Shown: positions 20,735 to 29,545, counted from the first letter of the stretch. The stretch is 64,000 nucleotides of DNA from Patescibacteria group bacterium (GCA_035510735.1 DATKGN010000012.1:9013-73012), one strand, 5' to 3'. Notes: generated by a model not told the origin, from the letters alone. Translations and numbers: made by a program.

Positions 20735-21706
20735 ATGGCAGATCCGATAACAACAGACGATTTGTACGGTTCATCAAACGGTGAAAAAACCCCGCCGCAA
20801 CCGCCCGCGGAACCGGTAAAGACCGTATCACCCATTCCCATTGAGGAAACGCCGGAAATCCTTCCTATTCCTGAAGAGCCGGGGGCACAATTAAAACCGC
20901 AAACCCAATCGGCTCCTGCAACATCCGCACCTCCTGTTCCCAAGCCACAGGCTCCTGCTACTCCTAAAAAACGGTCAGGTTCATGTCTCGGAACATTTTT
21001 TACCATCGTCGTGTTCATCGCATTGTTTATCGCAGGAATACTGTTGAGTAGTTACGTACGGCAATTTTTCCCGAACGGACTCGGGGGAATTTTATCCGTT
21101 TTCAAATCAACAGCAAACTCAAATATCGCGCCAACACCTACGTCCGAGATAGCAAATCCGCAAACCGCAAGCTCCTCGTCAGATTGGAAAACATATCAGG
21201 TGGTAAGCGGTGTGACGAAGTTGCCGTTAACCGGCGTGAGTTTTCAGTTGCCGCCCGATGTGTTACCGCCGATTTGTGACGGGACATCGTGTTCCTCCCA
21301 AGGGACATACCTTTCGGGTGGTACCAGATTCACTGTTGCGCCACGGGGAACCGGACAGCTCCTTCCTGATTACCGCGGCAGTGCAATAAGCGATGTCGGC
21401 GGTATCGTATTTACTGCAAAACCAACAACCGTTGTCGGCCACCCGGCAATGGAATTTACGGGAACGTTTACCGGCCACACTATTTCCGGATACGCATTTT
21501 CCCAGATGCACGGCGATATGATCGCGCTTACTGACTCAACATCCCTGGAAATAAATCACTTTGTACCGAGCGGCATTACTGCCGACTTTGCATCGGATGA
21601 TGCTATTTTTAATAAAATATTACAATCATTGGTCTTACCAACGAGTTCACTCACTCCGTCACCAACTCCAACCTCAGTTCAAACGGCGACGTCATCGGGA
21701 TACTGA
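20735..21706 (+). CDS. Pro-rich single-TM hypothetical surface protein
   Basis: Pro-rich N-terminus, one TM, extracellular domain ending FNKILQS. Confidence 0.7.
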   Translation: MADPITTDDLYGSSNGEKTPPQPPAEPVKTVSPIPIEETPEILPIPEEPGAQLKPQTQSAPATSAPPVPKPQAPATPKKRSGSCLGTFFTIVVFIALFIAGILLSSYVRQFFPNGLGGILSVFKSTANSNIAPTPTSEIANPQTASSSSDWKTYQVVSGVTKLPLTGVSFQLPPDVLPPICDGTSCSSQGTYLSGGTRFTVAPRGTGQLLPDYRGSAISDVGGIVFTAKPTTVVGHPAMEFTGTFTGHTISGYAFSQMHGDMIALTDSTSLEINHFVPSGITADFASDDAIFNKILQSLVLPTSSLTPSPTPTSVQTATSSGY

Positions 21707-21813
21707 TGTCATCCCCGCGAAGGCGGGGACCCCTGTTTGATTAGTACACAAAAAACGATTCCCGATCCCAACTTGGCCAAGGCTACGTCGGGCGAGGCGG
21801 GTCGGGAATGACA
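21707..21813. repeat. REP/RPE-like palindromic element (TGTCAT...ATGACA family)
   Basis: tgtcatccccgcgaaggcgggga ... attcccga...tcgggaatgaca between convergent genes. Confidence 0.8.
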
Positions 21814-21820
21814 AAAAGAA

Positions 21821-24184
21821 TTAGGGCCACGAGGAAATAATAAGCGGCGTCCCATCCCATCCTTCAATTTTTTGATAGAGCGCTTCCGTCACAAACGGCA
21901 TGAAAGGGTGGAGAAGTTTTAAGATATTCATGTATAAGTGTCGAAGAACGGCAAGCGCCTGCGGATCGCCGGCCTTAAACCGCTCTTTGTTTTTTTCGAG
22001 ATGCACGTCGGCGATCCGGTGCCACGCAAAATCATAGATCGTCTGGGCCGCATCGGAAAGCCGGTAATTTCCCATATATTTCCCGACTTTTGATTTCATC
22101 ATATTAAACTCCGTTATAATCCGTTTGTCGTTAGGATTGGTGAGCGTTTTATGGAACGCCTCATTATAGAAGGGGACGGTGATGTTCTGTGCTTTGGCGG
22201 CGTCAAAATTCATTTGGATAAATCGTCCGATGTTCCAAAGCTTATTGGCAAAGTTCCGCATCCCGCGGATTTTATCTTCGGAGAGAGATTGATCATTGCC
22301 AGCAGCCGTGCCAAATATAAGGGAAAACCGGAGTGCATCAGCGCCATACATATCTGCCATCTTCAGGGGGTTAATCACATTACCCTTGCTTTTGCTCATT
22401 TTTTGGCCTTTAGCATCCCGCACTAGGCCATGGAGGTAAACGGTTTTGAAAGGCACCCTAGAGGTCCTGTAAAGCCCTAGCATGGCCATTCGGCACACCC
22501 ACCAGGGAAGTATATCGTATCCTGTCTCCATGACGCTTGTGGGGTAAAAGTACTCATAGTCTCCTTTAAACGGACTAGCCTCAAGGGTTGCAAACGGCCA
22601 CTGGCCGGAGGAGAACCAGGTGTCAAAGGTGTCTGTTTCTTGTAAGTAATTATTTCCTGGGGCATCTGCTGAAATAACAAATGTAGATTCGGGAGGCGCT
22701 TGGACAGATTGAATGCCATTTTGTATTTCTTCTAACGTAAAGTTTTTTACATGATAATTTTCATCATGAGCTCTATTAGTGTTTCCTTTAAATGTTCGAT
22801 AATCACCCGCAGATTGTGGGTTATGCTGCAAAAGTTCTTGAATTTCTCCACCAACCGTTACATCTTCGTATCTAAACTCAATCTTTAATTTTGGATTTTC
22901 TTCAACTGAGTACCAAACCGGAATCCGTATTCCCCACACTATCTGCCGGCTTATATTCCAGTCATGGAAGTTGGTGAGCCACTGATTGGCTAATTTTTCA
23001 AACCGTTTCGGAACAAACGTAATTTTTTTCTCTTTTATTGCCTTTTTTACGGCATCGGCTAATGGTTTTACTTTCACAAACCATTGTTGCATCGGGAGGG
23101 GTTCAATAACTGTTCCGGACTTGTAGCAAAGGCCGATCCGGTGGGTGTAGTTCTCGTCAATTTTCACCAGCAATCCGTCTTCTTTGAGATGTTCGACCAT
23201 AAGTGGCCGGACTTCTGCAATTTTTTTGCCGTGATAGAGTTCCGCACGTGCGCGATACTTTTCCGGTATATCCTTCTTCGCCAAAAACCAGGAGAAGTCC
23301 ATGCGGCCCTTAAACGTAATAATTGGCGTGACCGGTAAATTATATTTTTGGCCTAATTCAAAATCATGGTGATCATGGGCGGGCGTCACTTTCATAATAC
23401 CGGTCCCGAATTCCATATCTACTTCGGGATCAGCAATTACCGTCATCGTAATCGGTCCCAAGAGTCCCTGAATATCGAGCGTTTTTCCGATCCACTTCTT
23501 ATACCGTTTGTCTTTTGGGTTGACCGCAAGCGCCGTGTCGCGGAATTTAGTTTCAGGCCTCGTGGTTGCAATCGTAAACGGACCGTATTTCATGTAGTAC
23601 AAGGGGTCTTTCCGTTCCTCATATTTGACCTCGAGATCCGAAAATCCGGTGCCGCACTTCGTGCAATAATTGACGAGTCTCATACCTCGATAAATTAATT
23701 TATCGTCGTATAATTTCTTGAACGTTTGATAGACGATTGCGACGACTTTGGGATCAAGGGTAAAAATATTTCTCGACCAGTCCAAAGAAAAGCCTAAACG
23801 TCGAAGTTGATTTTCCATCGTTCCTCGATTTTGGTGTACGAAATCCCAGATGTTTTTGTATAAAGTCTTGCGGTCAAAATCGAAACGGCTTTTACCCTCT
23901 TTTGCAAGCGCTTTTTCATACACATACTGCGTTTCAAAACCCGCGTGGTCGGCGCCCGGGAGCCACAATGTCGGGTCGCCTTTCATGCGGTGATATCTGA
24001 TAAGAATATCCTCGACCACGTACATCGCATGACCTAGATGAAGATCAGCATTTGCGTTCGGGGGAGGGAGGAGGATGGTAAACGGTTCCTTCGTTTTATC
24101 TATTTTGGGTACAAAATACCCGCCCTGTTCCCAGAGTTTATATATTTCAGCCTCCGTCGCTTTCGGATCGTACGCTTTGTCCAT
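21821..24184 (-). CDS. valS: Valine--tRNA ligase (no C-terminal coiled-coil arm)
   Basis: HLGH and KMSKS motifs, WLPGADHAG, DWNISRQ, DTFDTWFSS; starts MDKAYDP at 24184. Confidence 0.96.
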   Translation of the reverse strand: MDKAYDPKATEAEIYKLWEQGGYFVPKIDKTKEPFTILLPPPNANADLHLGHAMYVVEDILIRYHRMKGDPTLWLPGADHAGFETQYVYEKALAKEGKSRFDFDRKTLYKNIWDFVHQNRGTMENQLRRLGFSLDWSRNIFTLDPKVVAIVYQTFKKLYDDKLIYRGMRLVNYCTKCGTGFSDLEVKYEERKDPLYYMKYGPFTIATTRPETKFRDTALAVNPKDKRYKKWIGKTLDIQGLLGPITMTVIADPEVDMEFGTGIMKVTPAHDHHDFELGQKYNLPVTPIITFKGRMDFSWFLAKKDIPEKYRARAELYHGKKIAEVRPLMVEHLKEDGLLVKIDENYTHRIGLCYKSGTVIEPLPMQQWFVKVKPLADAVKKAIKEKKITFVPKRFEKLANQWLTNFHDWNISRQIVWGIRIPVWYSVEENPKLKIEFRYEDVTVGGEIQELLQHNPQSAGDYRTFKGNTNRAHDENYHVKNFTLEEIQNGIQSVQAPPESTFVISADAPGNNYLQETDTFDTWFSSGQWPFATLEASPFKGDYEYFYPTSVMETGYDILPWWVCRMAMLGLYRTSRVPFKTVYLHGLVRDAKGQKMSKSKGNVINPLKMADMYGADALRFSLIFGTAAGNDQSLSEDKIRGMRNFANKLWNIGRFIQMNFDAAKAQNITVPFYNEAFHKTLTNPNDKRIITEFNMMKSKVGKYMGNYRLSDAAQTIYDFAWHRIADVHLEKNKERFKAGDPQALAVLRHLYMNILKLLHPFMPFVTEALYQKIEGWDGTPLIISSWP

Positions 24185-24201
24185 AGATCTATTAAACCAC
24201 A

Positions 24202-24356
24202 AAAAAAGGTACCCGATATTTTATAAGGACCCTTCGACTATGCTCAGGGTGGTACCACCTTATTTGCTTCTTATTATTGCTGTTACGGGCAAACCCGGTC
24301 AACTTACTCTTAGTTCAGATGACAGCTCATCCCGTGACTGGCGGGATTCAGATGCA
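24202..24356 (-). ncRNA. T-box riboswitch (Val), ultrashort Stem I, terminator type
   Basis: Minus strand: K-turn-like Stem I atcccg-ccaGUCa-cgggat, Stem II with GAA/AGUA, gcccgtaa, AAUAAGG-UGGU-ACC T-box, hairpin + U7, upstream of valS. Confidence 0.88.
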
Positions 24357-24364
24357 TTTAGGCT

Positions 24365-24394
24365 ATTATAGCGTGATATTTATGAAGATGTCAA
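24365..24394 (-). promoter_or_regulatory. Sigma70 promoter of the valS leader
   Basis: TTGACA-18-TATAAT on the minus strand. Confidence 0.8.
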
Positions 24395-24403
24395 AAGACG
24401 TCT

Positions 24404-25264
24404 TTACAACTCATCGAGTTTGACGTTGTCGGGTTTCTGGTCTTTAACGAGCTCGAGATAGCGCTCGGTTGTAGAGAGTCGCTTGTGTCCGACAAGTTTC
24501 GATAGTGTGGTGATTGGCGTTCCCGCCATCAGATGATGGGCGATGAAGGTGTGCCGGAGATCGTTGACCTTCGCGCCTTCAATGCCTGCGATTCGGAAAT
24601 ACCGGTCAATGGCTGTTCTGATATTGCGGATTAAAAGCGGCCGTCCGGTTTTGGTGATAAACAGGGCTTTGCTTTGTCCGGTTGTCCCCCGTACGGTCAA
24701 ATAACGGTCGAGTGCTTCTTTACCTGCTTTATTCAGCGGCACATTTCGCTCTGCGTGTCCCTCCTGGGAGGCAATATGAAGTTCTGTTTCTTTAATATCG
24801 TCAAGCGAAAGGTTGGCAAGTTCGCCAATCCTGAGGCCCGTCTGCAAAAATACTTCAACGATTGCGTAGATACGGACGTCACCCCTGCATGCATCGCGAA
24901 GGGCGCGGTATTCAATTTTGGAAAGAATCCGCGGCGGCTTTACTTCGTATTTGGGATGTTCAATTTCAATTGCCGGATCTGATGTGACGATACCGGCGGC
25001 CTTTAAAAAGCGGAAAAAGGTTTTAATGGAATTGATTTTCCGGGAGATCGACTTGGGAGTATAGCTGTCGCTGGCGAGTTTCTTCAGGAATGCATCAAGT
25101 TCATCCCGGGTAATTTCGTTAATTGTTTTTTTCCCGGTATTTGCCAAAAACAGGGTAAGTTGTTCAATATCTTTGCCGTATGCTACGATGGTAGCGCGAG
25201 CGCGTTTCCGGCTCTCAAGATATTGTGTAAATTGTAGATGAGCGTCTTTTAGTATAACTGACAT
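24404..25264 (-). CDS. Tyrosine recombinase (XerC/D-like)
   Basis: SAM-like N-domain; TGLRIGE, NDLRHTF, LVGH...TTERY. Confidence 0.88.
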   Translation of the reverse strand: MSVILKDAHLQFTQYLESRKRARATIVAYGKDIEQLTLFLANTGKKTINEITRDELDAFLKKLASDSYTPKSISRKINSIKTFFRFLKAAGIVTSDPAIEIEHPKYEVKPPRILSKIEYRALRDACRGDVRIYAIVEVFLQTGLRIGELANLSLDDIKETELHIASQEGHAERNVPLNKAGKEALDRYLTVRGTTGQSKALFITKTGRPLLIRNIRTAIDRYFRIAGIEGAKVNDLRHTFIAHHLMAGTPITTLSKLVGHKRLSTTERYLELVKDQKPDNVKLDEL

Positions 25265-25397
25265 GTAATTGTCTTTGTGGCAGGTTTAGAGCTGAATATC
25301 ACTCTAATCGTAAAGAGAATAACCTATAATATCATGAAAAAAGTTTGTTTGCAAGTATCAGTTTATTGTCAGGCTATTTGAAGCTAAACATACGGAT

Positions 25398-25754
25398 ATG
25401 AAGGTATTCAGTCATCCATTTGTCCGGTTAGGAATCATTATTGTTGGATGTTTCATTATTATAGGTATGGCTCAATCCATTATTTCAGATTTACAACGCA
25501 ACGATATCGTGGCTGAGCGGAAAAGTACGCTTGCCCAAGAGGAGAAGAGAAATGAGGCGTTACAGGAAGAGATGCGTGTGGCGACCAGTGCATCGTTTAT
25601 CGAAAAACAGGCACGGGATAAGTTGGGACTTGCAAAATCCGGAGATACGATCGTTCTTATGACTACTCCGAGAAATGTTCCGCCGTCAGACTGGAATCCG
25701 GGCACTGAGGCAAATTTGACCACCTGGCAACGATGGTGGAAGCTGTTTTTCTAG
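25398..25754 (+). CDS. Septum formation initiator FtsB/DivIC family
   Basis: TM + coiled coil + FIEKQARDKLGLAKSGD, WQRWWKLFF. Confidence 0.8.
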   Translation: MKVFSHPFVRLGIIIVGCFIIIGMAQSIISDLQRNDIVAERKSTLAQEEKRNEALQEEMRVATSASFIEKQARDKLGLAKSGDTIVLMTTPRNVPPSDWNPGTEANLTTWQRWWKLFF

Positions 25755-25758
25755 GGAA

Positions 25759-25900
25759 GCCCTCCGCATCTTACCGTTCGCCTTTCCAGTACTATTTCCT
25801 TCGGCTTTGCTCAGGATAAACTGTACACGGCTCACGGAGCGATTACTGGAGGGCATTGTTATTTCTAAACTCTCCTTCTCCGCCAGTTGGCGGATCAGGA
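25759..25900. repeat. Nested palindromic repeats
   Basis: gccctcc...ggagggc outer stem enclosing tccttcggctttgctcagga; then tccgccagttggcgga. Confidence 0.6.
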
Positions 25901-25919
25901 TCGTTAAGAAATATCAATG

Positions 25920-25991
25920 TGCCAGCGGCAGGAATCGGACCTGCTACCCATGCCTTATGAAGACACTGCTCTACCAATGAGCTACGCTGGC
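25920..25991 (-). tRNA. tRNA with CAU anticodon (elongator Met, or Ile2)
   Basis: Full cloverleaf GCCAGCG...gtgtc tt CAT aa ggcat...GGTCCGATTCC...CGCTGGCA; G1-C72 paired; CCA not encoded. Confidence 0.92.
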
Positions 25992-26060
25992 AACAGGCTC
26001 TATTGTACTAATTTCAGATTCAAAAGACAACGACTTAAGCCCATAATAACGTTGTTTTGT

Positions 26061-26735
26061 TCACTGCCGTTTTAATCCCTCTATCCATCCGTGGATTTTT
26101 CGAAGCAAATCAGTGCTTTTGGATACGCGTATACGAATAACGCCGTGATAGTCCTCCGGATGGTCGTATAGTTTTTTCCATCGGACTTTCTGAAAAAATG
26201 GCTTTTGGAATTGCTCTTTTGAAATTGATAATTGGCTTGCCCAATATGATTCGATATCAGCGACTTTATCTCTATATGCCTCATTGACTCCAACTCGGAG
26301 TTTTAAGCGATCATTGGTAATATTACAGCATTTTTGAAGCCAATTGATAAAAAATTTTGCCATTAACGGGTCTAAATTTGCGAATCCCACTTGATTATCT
26401 TTTTTGAATCCCTCAGCCCAATAGAGGCTAATACCTGAAATAAACAATTCCCGTTCCGTTAGTTGGTCAACGTCGCGAATACCATCTTTTAGAAGCTGTA
26501 GCGTTTTTTCTCGACGTTTCTTTTGTTGGGTTTTTACATACGCAAGTCTTCGGCCGTAATACGGGTCGTGTTGTCGTTTCTCAAGTATGGCAATTTGGGT
26601 TGGCGTAAGTTCAATGTCCTTACACCATTGGCTTACTGTGCTTGAAGAAACATGTAATCTGTAGGCGATCGTTTTTACTCCAAGTCCTCGTTTTCGAAGG
26701 GTTCTGGCTTTTCGTCGCAAGAGTGGTTTGGCCAT
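26061..26735 (-). CDS. HTH + LAGLIDADG-like protein (putative free-standing endonuclease/regulator)
   Basis: N-terminal HTH (IAYRLHVSSSTVSQW); ISGISLYWAEG helix followed by FANLDP, resembling a single LAGLIDADG fold. Confidence 0.55.
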   Translation of the reverse strand: MAKPLLRRKARTLRKRGLGVKTIAYRLHVSSSTVSQWCKDIELTPTQIAILEKRQHDPYYGRRLAYVKTQQKKRREKTLQLLKDGIRDVDQLTERELFISGISLYWAEGFKKDNQVGFANLDPLMAKFFINWLQKCCNITNDRLKLRVGVNEAYRDKVADIESYWASQLSISKEQFQKPFFQKVRWKKLYDHPEDYHGVIRIRVSKSTDLLRKIHGWIEGLKRQ

Positions 26736-26785
26736 ATAGATTTATTATTATAATAGCCTAGGTTCGATTATGAAGTCAATGTAGG

Positions 26786-26815
26786 TTGACGCAGTGACGA
26801 AAGATAAAGTATAAT
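26786..26815 (+). promoter_or_regulatory. Sigma70 promoter of the tRNA-fMet gene
   Basis: TTGACG-18-TATAAT, 20 nt before the tRNA; a divergent TTGACT...TATAAT pair serves the 26735 gene. Confidence 0.7.
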
Positions 26816-26835
26816 CTCTATGTTCTTTAATGAAC

Positions 26836-27095
26836 CGCGGGGTAGTGTAGAGTAGCACAGAAGGCTCAAGTATGGGCTGTCTTGAAATTTTCAAGATAGA
26901 ATTTGGCTGTATCGGTGAAGTCCCAACATATAGTGGATAATACCGAGGCAATCTCTGATGAATATTGGAGCGAGTCCGTAGAGACTATACGCCAAATCCG
27001 TCGACCGACGGAATGATATAGTCCGACACTCTCAGGAATGGGAGATAACAGGAAAGCATAATCTTCTAGACCAGGCGCGCCTCCTGGCCCCGCAA
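26836..27095 (+). tRNA. Initiator-type tRNA-fMet(CAU) interrupted by a group I intron (exons 26836-26866, 27057-27095)
   Basis: Spliced product CGCGGGG-TA-GTGT..GCAC-A-GAAGG-CT^CAT-AA-TCTTC-TAGA-CCAGG..CCTGG-CCCCGCA-A; C1xA72 mismatch. Confidence 0.88.
26867..27056 (+). ncRNA. Group I intron, 190 nt, ORF-less
   Basis: P1 GGCU^CA-AGUA-UGGGCU with U-G at the splice site; P3 atttggc/gccaaat; P7 AGAGACTA and ATAGTCC; terminal G. Confidence 0.9.
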
Positions 27096-27124
27096 CATAC
27101 TCTAGTTTAGAGCGTACAAACTCT

Positions 27125-28345
27125 CTATTCAATAGAACTATCAACCAAATGTGATTCATCAATCCGGAAAAATAATGCCCCGGCGATTATACATATTCCC
27201 ATTAATATAAATGCTATTGGGATAGACCGATCTGCTAGGGCGCCAATAACAGGACCCATGACGGCCACATAGAAACTGGAAAGCATCGCAATAAACGATA
27301 ACAGCGTGGCTCTGGTTTCACTTGGTATATGCCTATTCGTATAGTCAATAAAGAGTGGATTTTGAAAAGCTGCCGATCCGTAGTTAAGACAGAAGAACGT
27401 AATTGCCAGCCAGGGACTACTCGTTATTGCCATAAGTCCAAAGAAAATTCCCGGTAACAAAGTAAAAATAAGCAACGCAGTTTTACCTCCTAATTTCTTT
27501 TCTATGAAATACGCGTATTTTGAAGACAGGAGAACGAATGAGCCACCGATGGCATAGGCTAACCCAAACCATTGGCCTTGAATGTGGAGGTTTAGAAAAT
27601 ACGGCTGATATAGGCTAATAAGATATGCCGTAAACGGTGTGGTAAATATTGCTAATACCACTAATCGACTCAATTTTCGATTTTGTTTCAATAGTGAAAT
27701 ACTTTTTGATAACAATTCTTTGGGCGAAAGTTTATGGGTAATTTCTAATCTTTGTGGTTCTTTGATAAATAAGCTTATTAGTAAAGCGATACCCACGCTC
27801 CCGATTGTTAAGAGTATTGCAAGAATAAATCTGCTTGTGACTAATTGAGCTACAATGAAGCTACTTACCCCTGCGCCAAGAATCGTAGATAATCCTTTAT
27901 ACGCCATAATAGACCCCATCGTTTTTTGAGTCTCATTTTGTCTGTTGTTTTCTTTGAGAGAATCAATAATAAGCGCATCAAAAGCACCGCTCCAAAAGGA
28001 AAATCCCAGCCCAGCAGCAATAGCGCAGAGAATAAACATCGGAAAAGAGTTGCTAAACAAAAAGATCGCTTCTCCTAAAAGTTGCAAAATTAAGGCCATG
28101 ACGATTGCTGATTTACGACCATACTTATCTGCAAACATACCTGTAAAAACAGTGGTAAGAACTAAAGTTATTGTTCCAATGCCATTTAGTGATTCAATCT
28201 GAGTGAGACTTAATCCGTGATTTTGATACCATAATGTGGCAATCGGAAGATAAAAGTAGAGCGCTGAAAAGAAGTTAATCAGCGTAGCTTTTGTGATGTT
28301 GTCCCATGTTATGTGGACCAATGATAGTCTATTTGCCATACGCAT
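27125..28345 (-). CDS. MFS transporter (module 1)
   Basis: GMFADKYGRK motif A; multiple TM; RATLLS. Confidence 0.9.
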   Translation of the reverse strand: MRMANRLSLVHITWDNITKATLINFFSALYFYLPIATLWYQNHGLSLTQIESLNGIGTITLVLTTVFTGMFADKYGRKSAIVMALILQLLGEAIFLFSNSFPMFILCAIAAGLGFSFWSGAFDALIIDSLKENNRQNETQKTMGSIMAYKGLSTILGAGVSSFIVAQLVTSRFILAILLTIGSVGIALLISLFIKEPQRLEITHKLSPKELLSKSISLLKQNRKLSRLVVLAIFTTPFTAYLISLYQPYFLNLHIQGQWFGLAYAIGGSFVLLSSKYAYFIEKKLGGKTALLIFTLLPGIFFGLMAITSSPWLAITFFCLNYGSAAFQNPLFIDYTNRHIPSETRATLLSFIAMLSSFYVAVMGPVIGALADRSIPIAFILMGICIIAGALFFRIDESHLVDSSIE

Positions 28346-28396
28346 ATTCTCTCATAATTCTGAAGGTAATGGCATTAAAGAGGGCTGACGGAGGAA

Positions 28397-28431
28397 TAGG
28401 TTCTAAGTTCTTGTAACCCTCGCAACATAGG
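28397..28431 (+). repeat. tRNA-fMet 3'-end-like repeat R1
   Basis: taggttctaagttcttgtaaccctcgcaacatagg. Confidence 0.85.
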
Positions 28432-28624
28432 CCAAATTTTCCGTCATACGGGGCTGTATTAGTTTTTCTTCGTTCTATGAATCAGTGTCCCAGCTTCCAT
28501 ACGTAGTCTAAGGAGATCACGCGAACTAATCTTTCTTTAAACTGTTTCAAAGATTCTTTAAGAAATCTTAGATAGATCAAATAGATTGCTGCTGAGAGGT
28601 TTTTTGAATAAGAATTATCTATAC

Positions 28625-29353
28625 TTATCCTGTTTGCAATAGATATGAATCGTGAAGTTTGACGTAAGCTTCATTGAGATTAGTTTTAAATTGTTCGGGA
28701 TCGGTAGGTAATGAATACTGGGTGGGATTTGGATAAAATACTAAATTATCAACGCCACTCTCTTCAAGTTTATACGCATTTTTTAGGTGTTTATATTCAT
28801 AGTATATATTTGCATGTACCCAATGGTTATTTGCTAGATTGATGCCGTAAGATTCATAATTTGGATCATCATAATGATGTAAGGTTACCAAAAGGCTGTC
28901 TGATAGCATTTCGGGGCGACCCGCTTCTTTATGTGAACTAACACCTCCGCCCTGACTCATGCCTGTTCCAGGATAGGAAACATTGTCGACAACAGTTACT
29001 AAAGGTCTTCCCTTCCAAGTTTTGTATGTAAAAGCGAATTGCAGGTGAACAGTTGCTGAATCTATGGAATGATTGGTTGTGACAGTGTCTTTTTTAATAG
29101 GGTTGCCGATAATATCCGCGATTTTTTGAAATCGTTGTTGTACACCAAAAACATCATTAAATTCCACAAGTTTTGCAATTTCTAATTGAACTTTTTTATC
29201 TCGCACTGCAAGTCTGGAAATTTCATCCTGCTGTTTTGCTAATAATTGCTGTTGTTCAGAAAGTGTTAGATTGGTTTTTGATACTGCTTTTGCATCCCTC
29301 AGTTCTTTAGGTCTTCCTTGAAGGCGTTTGGCTAAATCTTCTAAGTCGTTCAT
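28625..29353 (-). CDS. Hypothetical protein with N-terminal coiled coil (module 2)
   Basis: 242-aa AT-rich ORF with its own TG-n-TATAAT upstream; no family recognised. Confidence 0.7.
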   Translation of the reverse strand: MNDLEDLAKRLQGRPKELRDAKAVSKTNLTLSEQQQLLAKQQDEISRLAVRDKKVQLEIAKLVEFNDVFGVQQRFQKIADIIGNPIKKDTVTTNHSIDSATVHLQFAFTYKTWKGRPLVTVVDNVSYPGTGMSQGGGVSSHKEAGRPEMLSDSLLVTLHHYDDPNYESYGINLANNHWVHANIYYEYKHLKNAYKLEESGVDNLVFYPNPTQYSLPTDPEQFKTNLNEAYVKLHDSYLLQTG

Positions 29354-29517
29354 ATAGATTATTCTGACAGGCTAATTATAGCACGTAAGGTAAAATTTTT
29401 CGTGCTACATAACAGTTAACATTTTTCCGTATAAAACTGCTGGAATAGGAGATGCTGACCCGTCTTATGATTTGAACAACAGTCGGATAACCATACTATG
29501 CCTACAAAGATATGTAA

Positions 29518-29545
29518 TAGGTTCTAAGTTCTTGTAAACCCGCAA
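29518..29545 (+). repeat. tRNA-fMet 3'-end-like repeat R2
   Basis: taggttctaagttcttgtaaacccgcaa. Confidence 0.85.

Noticed and set aside
24305-24307. GUA as the valS specifier
   Set aside because: It is part of the AGUA S-turn of Stem II; GUC in the Stem I loop fits position and the C-ending preference better.
24038-24371. Plus-strand ORFs over the valS 5' region
   Set aside because: Antisense to valS and its T-box leader.
26748-27162. ORFs 26748..26951 and 26866..27162 (minus strand)
   Set aside because: Antisense shadows of the tRNA-fMet gene and its intron.
28484-28620. About 45 open codons on the minus strand after module 2
   Set aside because: No ATG start or recognisable motif; may be a remnant but cannot be supported.
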